From the NCBI RefSeq assembly GCF_009914755.1, contig NC_060942.1: a DNA stretch of 64,000 nt, one strand, 5' to 3'. Origin of the DNA: the human T2T-CHM13v2.0 reference genome, Homo sapiens. The notes under the pieces are model-generated. The model had not been told where the DNA came from, ran no database searches, and saw only the letters and a list, made by a program, of their open reading frames with translations. This document shows, piece after piece, positions 43,257 to 58,364 of this stretch; position 1 is the first letter of the stretch; every line of letters begins with the position of its first letter. The translations under genes and the position numbers were made by a program.

Positions 43257-44599
43257 GGAGGGGTTTATACATCGTGTGGCAACCATGAAATATGAAGTTT
43301 ATCATCTGAACTGGATGTTTTGATAGTGAAAGAGGGTGTTTTGTTCAGATGTGACCTCTGGACTACCAGTGAAAACCAGCACAACCAAGAGCAAAGCAGT
43401 ATGCGTGGTTTCCCTATGCATTGCAGATGCATAATACAAGTTTTTCAAAATTTTTAAAATTATCTGTTTCTCATTCTGTCAAAGTTTTCAATGAGAGCTT
43501 TAAATTATTTTTGTCCAAATGTTTGCAATAAACCAACTACTTAATGTGCTAGGGGGAGGAAATACATGTTGTACACATTTGCTCTCATTTTAATAATTTT
43601 AATGCTAATCTTTCACTTCTCTTTTTTATAAGTTGCTTTGAATTAACCTCCTTTACCCTTTTGTCATTCCATTTCTCTGTCTTTCCTTTCCTCCTTCCCT
43701 TGAATTTCATGCCTGGGTGATTGTGGGTGGGTTGAGGTGGAACAAATGTCTGGCAGCTGAAATTATGAGAGAAGGTGGAAGGCATGGTCTGAGAGTATTG
43801 AGAGGGAGACAAGCTTCTCCCTGGGCAGCAGCGTCCTTGCTGCTGGGGGCAGGAATGGGAATCAAGGTACCCACCTTCTCTGTATTCAAACTTCCAAGCT
43901 GTCTTCCTCTCTGCACCCACCACCACCTACCCAGCTCCAGCTTCACCATTGCTCTGTGTGAAGCAATTATATTCTGGCAGGTTTGTCATTGTACCCTGTG
44001 AATCCAAGACTTGAGCCTCTCAGAAATTCTGAAGTTTAAAATATTTATTTCTACTGAAGGTCTTTACCTTAAAGCTCTGATCCTTTTACTGAATCAGTTA
44101 TCTGTAAATCTTTCTATCCTTCAAAAAGGCTTGAAATACCTCACCTGCTCCTGTCCAAATCAGTTAACATTTGTGTGTGTATACTTTTTCAATTCTTTTA
44201 TTTTTGTGATTTTGGAGTTTTGGAGGAGAAAGTAAGTAAACAATTGTGTATTTATTTCATTTACTGCAAACATAAGTCTTTTAGAATGATAGTGTCAAAG
44301 TCTAAATCTGATGATGTAAATTTTTGTAGGTTGATTACCAAATCTTTTGATGTTGCTACTGGATCTCAATATATCTCTACTATCATCTTGAATTTTGTAT
44401 TCCTCATTCCCTTTGTTACACACACACATACACACACACACGCACACATCTATTTTGGTTATCTGAATATGTCATGCTTCTTCTGTCACAGGCCTCATTC
44501 TCTCTGAAGATAGCTTTTGTTTTTAGCTCTGTTTATTTTTTTTTGAGGGGAGAGGCTAGGGGACAGGATTTATTACTGAAATGTAAAGTTGTTTCTTAA

Positions 44600-45255
44600 T
44601 TAAAATTTTTATTGGGATACTTGCAAATTTATAGTAGTTGTAATTAGAAATAATACAGAGAGATCCCTTGTGACCTTTATCCTCTTTTCCCAATTGTAAC
44701 ATTTTGCAAACTGTAGTATAACACCACAACCAAGACATTGATATCAAGTCCACTTATCTTAGTACTTCCCCAATTTAACTTCTATTTATTTGTGTCTCTG
44801 TGTGTGTGTGTGTATTTGTTTCTGTGCAGTTTTAATGCATGTGTAGGTTTATGTATCCACTACCACAGTCAAGACACTGAGTATTTATATTAACACAAGG
44901 ATCCTTGTGTTGCTCTTTTATAACACAGTCATCTCCCTCCCATCCCCCGGCAATCACAAAACTCTCCCATTTTCTAAACTTTTATCATTTCAAAAATATT
45001 CTATAAATGGAACCATGTAATATGTAACCTTTTGGGATTGACTTTTTCACTCAGCATAATTCCTTGGAGATTCATTCAAGTTGCTTCTTTTTATTGCCCA
45101 AGAGCATTTATTCTGAATAGTATATATGTACTACAGTTTTTTATAGTATAAACCCACTGCAGGACACCTGGCCTGTTGCAGTTTCTGGGTCTTACAAATA
45201 AAGCTGCTGTCAACATTTGTGTGTAAGTGTTTGCATGATCGCTTTTAACTCTTCT
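44600..45255 (-). mobile_element. L1MC-like 3' end
   Basis: gaaataatacagagagatccc...cccaattgtaacattttgcaa...accacagtcaagacactga...cactcagcataatt. Confidence 0.75.
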
Positions 45256-45463
45256 CCTAGTGAAGACTTATCTAAGGGAGGGCATGCTTTCATTGAATTG
45301 CATCTTTTCTTTTAAGGCACTTATCAGAAATATAATTTTTCATTTATGTGGTTGTGATAATTCAATTACAGTTAAGATGTTCTCTTGGACCTTGAGCTCC
45401 ACAGGGCCAGGATTTATGTCTGTTTTTTTCATCATTGTTTTTCTAGTTGATAATATAATGGCT

Positions 45464-45828
45464 TGCTAGTGAGTGAATATTTGTGTACCCTCCAAATCCA
45501 TATGTTGAAACCTAATTGCCAATGTGATGGTATATGGGGCTTAAAGGAGGTAATTAGGTCATGAGAGTCAGGCTCCCGTGAATGGGATTAGTGCCCTTTA
45601 GGAAAGAGACAGGAGAGAACTTGAGTCCCTTCCCTCTGTTTTTCAACATGTGGGGAGACAGCAAGAAAATGGCCACCAGCAAACCAGAAAAAGGGGCCCC
45701 ACTGGAACCTGATCACCCTAGCATCCTGCTTCATATGTCCCAGCCTTCATAACATGAGAGATAAATTCTGTAGTTTAAGCCTCCTAGTCTCTCTATGGTT
45801 TTCTGATATAGCAGCACTAACTGAGACA
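45464..45828 (+). mobile_element. MLT1A-like MaLR solo LTR inserted in an L2 3' end
   Basis: TGCTA...catatgttgaaacctaa...aattaggtcatgag...ctaactgagaca; TSD TGGCT/TGCCT; L2 ggcacatag resumes. Confidence 0.88.
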
Positions 45829-46907
45829 TGCCTGGCACATAGATATTTGTGAAATGTACTGTTGGCTGAATGAAACCATCATAATGATAGATAATGTACA
45901 CAAATTGCCTATCTAGTCTACAAAATCTCTCAAATTTATAAATTTAATTATTATTTTACAGATGAGGAAAATTAAGTAATTTATTCAAAATGCTCTGCCC
46001 AAAAGTAGACAAGGTGGAATTTAAATTCACATCTGTTTGACTTCAAAGCTCCACCTCTTTCCACTGAGCTATCCTTTTCCTTGCAGCTATGAAATTAATT
46101 CTACTTTTCTATGATGGAGAAATTCAATTGCAAGCACAGAGAAGCAGCTGTGACAAAATACTATATTCAATTGATAACCTAATACAATGATATAATGAAA
46201 CAGAAACCAACCCCCATTGCCTTTTGTTTTATGATAGGCCACATGAAGAAAGCATATGTAGCTGCTATGTAATTTGCAGTATGCAGGTGTGAAAATCTCT
46301 ATTTCATAAGACACAAATAAGCCTGGACATATTTGGTAATTACTGTGTTAATACAGAGTAATTGCACAGCTATTTCTTTCTTACAAATTATATGCTAGTT
46401 ATACTTGGAATTACCATAAAAATGAAAAACTTCTACTTGCCAGTAAATGATTGCCTTATAATTACAAAATAATTACATAGTTATTTAGGCCTGGAAATAT
46501 AAAGCATGGTACAAAATCCATATACTTAGCTGCCAGAGCTGCCAAGGTTCAAGGCTATCAGTCCATTTAGGAATTGCCCTTAAGACTACCTAAAATTCTC
46601 AAAAACGCTAGCTTCTCTGGGAAGGAAAAAAATATGTCACAAGAGAAATAGCCACTCTCATTAAACTAGAATTTTCAGTGACCCCAAAGCTATTACGCTG
46701 TAAAAATTAAGTCAACAATGGTAGTAACAGAACTCTTTTGCCTACTCCTGATGAGACCTGGCTGGCTGTGATTACTCAAAAAGAAGTCAGTTAATCTAGA
46801 AAAATCCTTATGAATTGCCACATGTCACAGAGCCAACTCGCTATGTGGAAATTGTGGCAGTTATTAACTTATTCAACTTTTCTGTCACATAAAATATTAA
46901 CTTTGTT

Positions 46908-48760
<1,853 letters not shown>

Positions 48761-48879
48761 TTCAATACCCTGGAAAAGCCAGAGTTACATTTGAAGTTAA
48801 CATTCAAGTTTCCTAAAATATTTCCAATTTTATTGCTTTTATTTTCAATTTTAATTGTGGTTTATTTTTTCTGTTCTGA

Positions 48880-49092
48880 TAAATTATCTATAGGGTCAAT
48901 ATAAACTCAGTAAAAATACCAGAAGGCCCTTTTTAAAATAAAAATTGACAAGCTGATTCTAAAACATAAATGGAAATTCAAGGATTTAGAAGTCGTAAAA
49001 CATTTTTGACCAAAAAACAACAACAACATTGGAGGACTTACACTATAGATTTCAATACTTTCTATAAAGCTATAATAATTAAGATGGTGTGA
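48880..49092 (+). mobile_element. Old L1M ORF2 fragment
   Basis: aaattgacaagctgattctaaaa...ttggaggacttacacta...ctataaagctataataattaaga. Confidence 0.75.
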
Positions 49093-50169
49093 AAGAAATC
49101 ATGGTGTGGCTCCACACTGTAATAAATCAGCTTAAATGATAATTATGACTTATTTAGTGAATTATTATTACATTTACTTTTTGAGATTCATTTAATATAT
49201 TAATTTAAGAGATATTAAATGTAGATTGGCCTAACCACATAAAACACAAAAAACAGGGCACACTTATTTTGAATAATGTGATTTATAGACACCATTTTTA
49301 AAAAGGAATGTGTTCATGGAATATGGTCTCTTTATTTTCTAATTCATATTCCTCTCTCCCTCTTGAATACTGCAATTTATTTTTGAAACTCATTTTATGA
49401 TGATGAACAAAGACACTCAGAGGCATTACAAATATTTAAAAAGAAAATGTATTGCTCAAAGAGGCCCATTTGCTAGTTGTCAGAGCAAAATCATTGTTTT
49501 CAGTAAGGCAAAGAAATTTATGTTTTAGTTTCCTCAGAAGTAGATATATTTTTTTAATGCTACAAAACCATGGCATAAATTTAAATGGTAATAACAGATT
49601 CAACTACCTAATGTAAAAGATGCAGTATGCTCTAAGTAAATATTAAAAAAGCCAATATAAAAAATTCTGTTACCTGTTCTTTCACATAACACATTTAATT
49701 TTTATTCTAAGAGACTAAAGTACATAACTTTTTTTAAATTTCTACATCTGAAGTACTAAAACAATGCCTACCATTAATTTTCTTCTTCACTAATTCAATC
49801 AATAATGATTTATCAAATACCTACAGTATGCCTGGCAGTTTCAGGTCCTGGCACTGCTAAATGCATATAATATAGTCAACAGATGTTGGTTATGCACATG
49901 ATTGAATAAAGGGATTCATGTGCATGGTTGACCTAGGCTGAAAAGCTAAGCACAGAACTTCAAAGTGTACAGCCGTAGTAAACACTTTTATTGATGGCTA
50001 CAGTACCCTCTAACCTCATACTGTAGCTCAATGTAAACTGAAGAGTTTTTTAAAAAAATATTTTTATACTTAACTCAGTTTTATGGAACTTTGTAACAGC
50101 TGGCTTTAAAGTTATGGGTTTGTATTTCTTCTATGACTTTTTTCTTTTTAACAGACTCATTAACATTTT

Positions 50170-50335
50170 TAAAAAAATAGACTGTACACATTTGAAGTGT
50201 AAAATGTTATGTTTTAATAATTGTCTACATATGTGAAACCAAGATACAATCAAGATAATACACGTATATATCACATGCAAAAAAGTTTCTCATCACCCTT
50301 TGCCAACCTTTCTTCCTGCAGTTTCTTTCTTTTCA
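50170..50335 (-). mobile_element. Old L1M 3' end
   Basis: tgtacacatttgaagtgta...atgtgaaacca...acaatcaagata...aaagtttctcat. Confidence 0.6.
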
Positions 50336-50344
50336 TCCCATCTT

Positions 50345-50576
50345 CTACTTCACTCCATTTACAAAAATTAACTTAAAAAGGATGAATGAACTAAATATAA
50401 GAACTAAAACTATAACAATCTTAAACAAAAATATAGGGGTAAATCTTTATGAACTCAGATTTGTCAAGGGATTTTTATATTTGACATCAAAAGCACAAGA
50501 AACAATACAAAAATAGATAAATTGAGCCTCCTCCAAGTGAAAAATTTTATGCATCAAAGAACATTATCAAGAAAGT
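50345..50576 (+). mobile_element. Old L1M ORF2 3' fragment
   Basis: acaaaaattaac...ctaaaactataa...ataggggtaaatctt...aaaagcacaag...tgcatcaaagaacattatcaagaaagt. Confidence 0.75.
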
Positions 50577-51806
50577 AAGGTAAAAAGCTGAATATGTGTC
50601 CTCTAAGATCAAGAATGAGATAAGCATGGCTACTCTTGCCATTTTTATTAAATATGCTACTGAAGTCCTAGCCAGAGTACTTACACAAGAAAAAGAAAAG
50701 CTATCCAAATTGGTAAGAAAGAAGTAAAACTGTCTCTGTTTGTAGAAGATATAATCTCATATATAAAAAATTCTATAAGTTCCATCAAAAAAAATCTCTT
50801 AGAGTTAATAACAAATTCAGTTACTTTGCAGGATACAAAACTGACATACAAAAATCAGTTTTGTTTCAATGCACTAACAACAAACTATCCAAGAAAAGGA
50901 ATTAAGAAAACATTTTTATTTACAAAATAAATTTACAAATAAATAAATTTATAAAACATAAATAAAAGAGGAAAAAAAATTTAACCAAGGAAGTGGAAAA
51001 ATCTGTATACTGAAAATTATAAAATATCGATGAAATTGAAGAATATGTAAATAAGTGGGCAAATATCTTGTATTCATGTGTTGGAAGAATTAATATCGAA
51101 ATGTCCATACTACTCAAAGTGATCTACACAATCCCTCTCAAAGTTCCAATGGCATTTTTCACAGAAACAGAAAAACAATTCTAAAACTGCTATGAAACCA
51201 AAAAGACCCCCAATAACTGAAGCAATCTTAAGCAAGAAGCATAATGCTGGAGACACCATAATTCCTGGTTTCAAATTATATTATGAAGCTTCCACAGTTA
51301 AAACAGTATGGTGCTAGTATATAAAAAGACACATAGACAAATGGAACACAATAGAAAACTCAGAAATAAATCACACCCATACAACCAACTAATTTTGGAC
51401 AAAGGGACCAAGAATACACAGTGAGGAAAGGATAGTCTCTTCAATAAATAATGTTGGGAAAACTGAATATCCAGATGCAAACAAATAAAATTGGATCTTT
51501 ATTTTACACTATGCACAAAAATCAATGCAAAATGGATTAAGACTTAAAGCATAAGTCTTGACTGTGAAACTCTCAGAAGAAAACATAGAGGAAAAGCTCC
51601 ATAATTTCATCCTGGCAATGATTTTTTGGATATGACAATAAAAGCACAGACAACAAAAGCAAAAATAAAAATTGGGACTACATATAAGGTTTCTACACAG
51701 AAAAATAAAACAATCAACAAATGCAAAGGCAACCTACAGAATAGGAGAAAATATTTGTAATCCATATATCTAATAAGAGGATAATATGCAAAATATACAA
51801 GGAGCA

Positions 51807-52217
51807 AATCTTAGTTGTTTTCTGTCACTATAACAGAAACCTGAGCCTGGGTAATTTATAAAGGAAACAGTTTATGTAGCTCACAATTCTGGAGGTTGGG
51901 AGGTCCAAGACTTGGGTAACCACATCAGCTCAGCTTCTGGTGAAGGCCTTTGCTGCATTATAATGGTGGAGAAGCAAAAGGGAAAATGAGTGCATACAGA
52001 GAACAAAAGTGAGAGGCAGCCTCGGTTTATAACCACTCACTCTCAGGGTAACAAGTCAAGTCCTCTGAGAGTGAGAACTCACTCCTGAAAGAAAGGCATT
52101 AAACACTCTTAACAGTCTAATCACCTCTTACAGGCACCACTTCCCAACACTGCCTCATTGGAGTCCAAATTTAAACATGAATTTTGGTGGGGAAAAAATT
52201 ATCTTTAAATCATAGCA
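51807..52217 (-). mobile_element. MST (MSTC/D-like) MaLR solo LTR nested in L1MA
   Basis: ctgggtaatttataaaggaa...gctcacaattctggagg...aatcacctctta...catagca; TSD GAGCA/GAACA. Confidence 0.85.
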
Positions 52218-52736
52218 GAACACATACAACTCAACAGCCAAAAAAAAAAAAAAAAAACCTGATTTAAAAGTGGACAAAGGACTTAAATAGACATTTTTTC
52301 CAAAGAAAACATAAAAATGGCCAAAAAACATATGAAAGGGTGCTTAACATCACTCATCCCCAAATGCAAATCAAAACCACAATAAGATATCCGTCTCACA
52401 CTTGTTGGGATGGCTACTACCAAAAAGTCAAAAGATAACAAGTGTGTGTGAGGATATGGAGAAGAGAACCCTTGTGTACTGTTGGTGGGAATGTAAATCA
52501 ATATGGCCATTATAAAGAAAACTATGAAGTTTCCTCAAAAATTTAAAAACAGAATTGCCATATGATCCAGCAACCCCTCTTATGAGGGTAAAATTCAGTA
52601 ACATACCCTCTTATGAGGGTAAATGCAAAGGAAATAAAATCACTATCTCAAATAGATATCTGCACCGCCATGTTCATTGCAGCATTATTCACAATAGCTA
52701 AGAAATGGAAATGGCCTGTTTATGAATGGATGAATG

Positions 52737-52738
<2 letters not shown>

Positions 52739-52780
<42 letters not shown>
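52739..52780. repeat. (GT)21 microsatellite
   Basis: Uninterrupted GT dinucleotide run. Confidence 0.97.
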
Positions 52781-52784
<4 letters not shown>

Positions 52785-53060
52785 TGGAGTGTTATTTAGT
52801 TTTAAAAAAGAATGAAACCCTGTCATATGCAACAACATGTATGGCTGGCCCTGGAGGACATTCCACTAAGTGAAATAAGCCAGATTCAGGAAGATAAATA
52901 CTACATGATTTCACTTATATGTGGAATCAAAGAAAGTCAAACTCATAGAAAGAGAAAGTAAAGTGGTAGTTACCTGAGATTAGGTGTGGGAGAAGTAGGA
53001 AAATATTGGTTAGAGGGTACATATTTTCAGTTATAAGATGAATAAATTCTGGAGACCTAA

Positions 53061-53248
53061 TATACATGGTCACTGTGATGTATATAGTTGAAATATACAT
53101 GGTTGCTGTAATGTATAGTTGAAATATACATGGTTGCTGTAATGTATAATTGAAATATACATGGTTGCTGTAATGTATAGTTGAAATATACATGGTCCTT
53201 ATAATGTGCAGTTGAAATATACATGGTAGCTATAATGCATAATTGAAA
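53061..53248. repeat. 31-bp minisatellite, 6 copies
   Basis: Unit TATACATGGTTGCTGTAATGTATAGTTGAAA; first copy is 33 bp and outer copies are diverged. Confidence 0.95.
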
Positions 53249-56200
53249 TTTGCTAAATGACTAGATCTTAAGTATTTTCATCACACACATATCTGTATGA
53301 GGTAATAGATATGTTAACCAGCTTGGCTATGGTCATCATTTCATAATGTATGCATATATCAAGACATTACGTTGTACACCTTAAATATATACAATTTTTA
53401 TTTATCAATTATATCTCCATAAAGCTAGAAACACTGTTTGTAATAGCTCCAGAATAAGATGACCATTGTTAAAGATCTTTCTAAGCTTTGCAAGAATTTG
53501 GACCTACTGAAAATTTTATGATAAAAGATGTATGTTTGTATTTGATATATTACTGTTTCTAATTTATATGTATTTATGCTATAACTAATTTTTCTGTCCT
53601 TCTACTAGAACTTTTTTTTTTAGTGTATTGATTCAGTTTCCATGTTCTAGGCCTAAATGGTGTAATTTTGTTTTCTGATCTTAGTTATCTTTTGCTTTCA
53701 CTTTTCTCTTCCTTTGCATACCATATTCTGGAGATACAACACTATCCAGTGACATGTATTAACTAATTAAAAATGTGTTTTTCTTAATTTAAATGTCCAA
53801 CAATAGGGTGATTAAGTTATGATAATCCTTTCAATAGTATATTTTAAGTTTCATTTCATTTTCTAAAAATATTTGATGACATGAAAAAATTTTGATATAT
53901 TGCTAAGAAATAAATATAATAGAAACTTATGACTTGAAATTACGTTATTAATAGTCTTTATTTTCCCTTTGTAAAAGACTTTAATTTTGTGAACAAAATA
54001 TATGAATTCATAAAATGATTTTCAGATATTGGTAGAACAAAACGCTATTTTCAATTATTTGCAACCCCCACCCTCAATTATTGTGAAAATATTAGTTTAA
54101 GTCTCATGTGAGGGAAAGTGTAAGTTTTAAAAATCCATTTGCATTAGTATCAACTTGAAAGATTTTCTAGGAACAGTTCAATGAATTTGAAAAAATAATA
54201 AATGCTTTCTAAATCTTAATCTTCATTTAGTAATAGCATGACAGTTTCTGAGGAATTAACTATTGGGGACTAATGGAGAGAATACTAAGGTAAATGTCTA
54301 AGATTGAAATTTATTAGCTAATGATATTTTTACCATGGATTTTATTTAGTCCAATATCATGTGTAACATTCCTTTGAAAAGAAGTTTTAAAAATAAATTT
54401 TCATCCTCTGAAAAACACACCATTAACTTGTTCTCCCACCAGGTTTACTTCTTGATAATTATAACTAGCACATAACCAATCTACTGTATTACATTTTCAT
54501 ATTAGCTTTTTGAACCTCTTTTCTGCCTTAGTTTCTATAGTATTGCTCATCCTTGGTACAACAATGCATAATTTCACCTATGAATTTTTAGATCAACACA
54601 TTATGCCTGTTGCTTAATGTTGCTTCAACCACAATTTTTGCCAAATAATATAATTCCTTTGAATTTCTTAAAAAGACACAACCTTTTCCTTACCCTCAGT
54701 TCTATAAACTAACACATAATATTTTGTACCAGAGATCTTTCCACAAAATTAGGAGAAGAAATGACAGGGATTCCAAAAATAAAATTAGAGCTATATATTC
54801 AAATGTTGGTTCCTCTCAGTTGAGATCATAAACAGTTACTCAAGAAGTAACAGTTATTATAGGAAAACCCTTATACCTTAAAACTATTTGACTGCTTTTA
54901 TTTTGTGATACTGGAACAGTAGGTATTATTTCATAGTCATGCTGGATAGCACTTTCATTGAATGATACCATCATGTTAGCCAAATAGTTCCATAGCTGTA
55001 GATTTTCACTTGTTTAATAGGTAATATGGCAGTGCAAGAGACTGCATTTTACCTCCACCTCTGGCTTTTCAGTTATATAAACCAGCTTATTGTGACCTGT
55101 GGCAGGTGCAGTCTTAGTTACATTCCAGTATTTCCCAAGTTGGGAAGCAGAGTCGGGTGACTTTAGACGCAGGTGTTATTCTGAAATAATTTGGAAACAT
55201 TACGAGCATGTGTATAGGGGCATTTGCAGTGAGTAGCTTGATATGAATATGTGAATTATATTATCTCATAAAACTTTGATTGATGGTTAATTCTAGGAAT
55301 AGTAAGAAATTCTTTGCAACTTTATGTAAACATCCTAGGGCAAATTCTTCATGGAATTTCCTCTATCCTAAATTTTAAAGTAAATTTTGTTTCATTCAAA
55401 ACATTTGCTCATTGTGGTTTCCCTTGGTCAATAATACCCACAGAAATACTTCTTTACTCCAGGGATCTGATTAGAAGCTGTAAACAAGCACAGATATAGT
55501 AAATGCCAGTCCTGTAAAGGACTTAAATCAGACAATTGGAAGAAAGCAACAGAGGTGTGGTGGGAGAAGGTTAATAAAATTTTATGCCCATTTTATGTAT
55601 GAGCTTAACTAAATGCATTCTACCACCCCCGTGCAAGTGTATGTTGAAATTAAAGATGAAAATAAAGGCAAATTGGGCCAATCAACCACTTTATTTGTAT
55701 GGAAGTAAAAATGTAGAGACCAGCTTTTAGTGCTTAGTGGGTCTGATTTGAAAGACTGTTTTTTTAATGCACTTTCCTTTCCTTAGGGTTCCAGTCTATT
55801 TTCTTACTCTATACTGAAAAATTAGTTAGGATGACCTATTTAAATCTGAAAGAATTGTGCATATATATTTCTCTTGATTATTACTAATGGCTATTTTGAA
55901 GCATTAATTTTGGTTCTCCACTGGAGTAAACAATATGGTAAAAATATCAAGTACTCAGAAAATAAAGCATACTGATATTTTTCTTTGAATTTAGTCTTAC
56001 AAGAAACAGTTTTTTATGTTTTTCAAAGCATATTCTTTTTTCTCATTAAATTCTTACAAAATAAATTCTGAAAATATGAATGCTTATAGTCCAGGAAACT
56101 ATGCTATAGAGTGAGATATTTGAATATTTTTAAATATCTGATGTAAGCTTTTGATTCTTTAGATTTTCTTCAATGAGAAAAGCACAACATTTTCTATCTA

Positions 56201-58010
56201 CCATCCATAACATTTATTGACTATGTCGCTAATTTGGCCCGTGGCATAAGCAGACGTGGATTACTAGCTACAGAAATACTCATGTTTTATATGACCCCTC
56301 CTTGATTTTAGGAAGAAAGCCTTTTTTTCCTCTGAAACTCTCATAACACAGAAAATATGTAGTGTGCTATAGTTGATTCCGTAACTTGCTCTTTTCACCT
56401 TCAATATCTCTTGGAATCAAAATCATACATCATAAAAATGGAGTCATATATAAGGCCAAAATTCCAAGGAACACTTTTTTTTATGGTTTAATTTTAAAAC
56501 CCAGAGGAGAAAAAGTTATCTCTTATATGAAGGAGTTGGATGGGATATCTATCCTTTGCATAACAACTGCTTTCTTTAATCTGTGGATCAGAATCCCACT
56601 AGCTTACTATATAAGTAAAGTGCATATCATTCATAAAAATTACACTCTCAGTCAAGAATGATCAAATGCTTCCAACAAAAAGAGGGTTATAATAGTGTAT
56701 TATCCTGGCATGAAGATGGTCAGCTGACAGTATCATTTGTTTTATTTTAATGGGTGACAATAATGCATTAAAAGCTATTTTATTAAAAGTTAATATTTAT
56801 TTTTGAAGAAGTGGATTTAGGTAGGCATAAGAAAAATCTTCACTTAGCTATTAAATCAGTTTTGTATTATCCAAAGCAAAAGCTTCACACCAAATGTATG
56901 TAAATCACTGACTTTCAGAGCACCAAAGGGAATGTACTTTATACTATAACTTAAATACTAATGAAATCAACTGAAAATGATAGTCATTAGTCAGCTGTGC
57001 CTTGATAGGGCTCCCTGTGGACTGAAATAAATTCACCATTAGAAATGGATTCTCTCACAGTCCACAGTGAGCATTTAATTTTTTCTTCAAAGCAGATTTA
57101 AATTTGATATTTAATGCATAGTGGTTGGCATTTTTCAAAAAGTTTTAGATAGCATGCTTTGTATTTGCAACTTATATTTAGTTTTCAAATGCTATGGGCC
57201 TGTGTGAAATGTATAGGATAGATAGTTATAATCACCAATAGAAACATACTAATTATTAAAAAGCTCAAAGCGAATCCTAATAGGAGCAAAACATATATTC
57301 ATCTGTACAACTTGAGTCTTGATTTCGGAGCAGCTCTGCAGAAATTGGAGAGCAAATGTGTATAATATTATTACATCCTTCTAGGTTAAGATACAGTTAG
57401 AATTATGTTAGGTTTGGATATTTAAAATAGTGCTAATATTTATAAATTTATCATGTGATAATCCTATAACAATGCAAGTGTATGCATGTATACTGATGCA
57501 TAAACTTTGGGAGTGATATGAAACACAAATTTCAAATACGTCTGTACAAATATATTGAGAATCAAGGAGGGAAAGTAAAGTCATAAAAACTACTTTAAAA
57601 AAATTGTGCATATACTTGTTATCACAGAAAATAGATGAATTTCTAAAATTAATATAGTATGTCTTGCTATATAGATAAAGTATTCAGTGAAAATACCCTA
57701 TCTTTGAAATTGTTCAGGAAATCTGGGTATTGGAATTTTGGAAGAAAACTTGCACCATGAGTTTTAAGCAAAAACTACCCAAATGTCTTTATATAAAATA
57801 GCTTACATTTATTTTATTTACTACCAAAGATCCTATTGCACATAAATATAGAATTACTTTAATTATCTCAGTATCCAAATTAATTGTTGGGTATGTCTAG
57901 AAGGGAATTTACCTCTTCCAAGCCAGTATAGTATTAAAAAGTATGGTGACAGATGTTATTAATTAGCTTTGTGTTAGTATATGGTTTTGAAAGCTAACAA
58001 TATTATATAC

Positions 58011-58364
58011 TAGGGGTCTCTAACCTTTAGGCTGCCTACCGGTACTGTTTGTGGCCTGCTAGGAACCGGGTCACACAGCATGAGGTGAGTGGCCTGCAGT
58101 GAGCATTACCACCTAAGCTCCTCCTCCTGTGAGATCAGCTGGGGCATTAGATGCTCATAGGAGGGTGAACTCTTATTTGTGAACTGTGCATGTGGCGGAT
58201 CTAGGTTGCGTGATCCTTATGAGAATTTGACTAATGCCTGATGATCTGATGTGGAACGGTTTCATCACAAAACCATCAGACTCCCTTGCCCCATCCAACC
58301 TGTCCGTGGAAAAATTGTCTTCCTTGAAACTGGTCCCTGGTGCCAAAAAGTTTGGGGACAGCTG
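58011..58364. mobile_element. MER1B hAT-Charlie DNA transposon
   Basis: aggggtc...gtggcctg.taggaacc...gaaactggtccctggtgccaaaaag.ttggggac; perfect 8-bp TSD TTATATAC. Confidence 0.92.

Larger units (their letters stand above)
50577..53431 (+). mobile_element. L1MA (MA8/9-like) 5'-truncated LINE with nested MST LTR and satellites
   Basis: Degenerate ORF2 through the 3'UTR ending tcaattatatctccataaagctagaaa. Confidence 0.88.

Noticed and set aside
53061-53248. Regular ~31-bp array resembling CRISPR
   Set aside because: Head-to-tail units with no unique spacers; it is a minisatellite.
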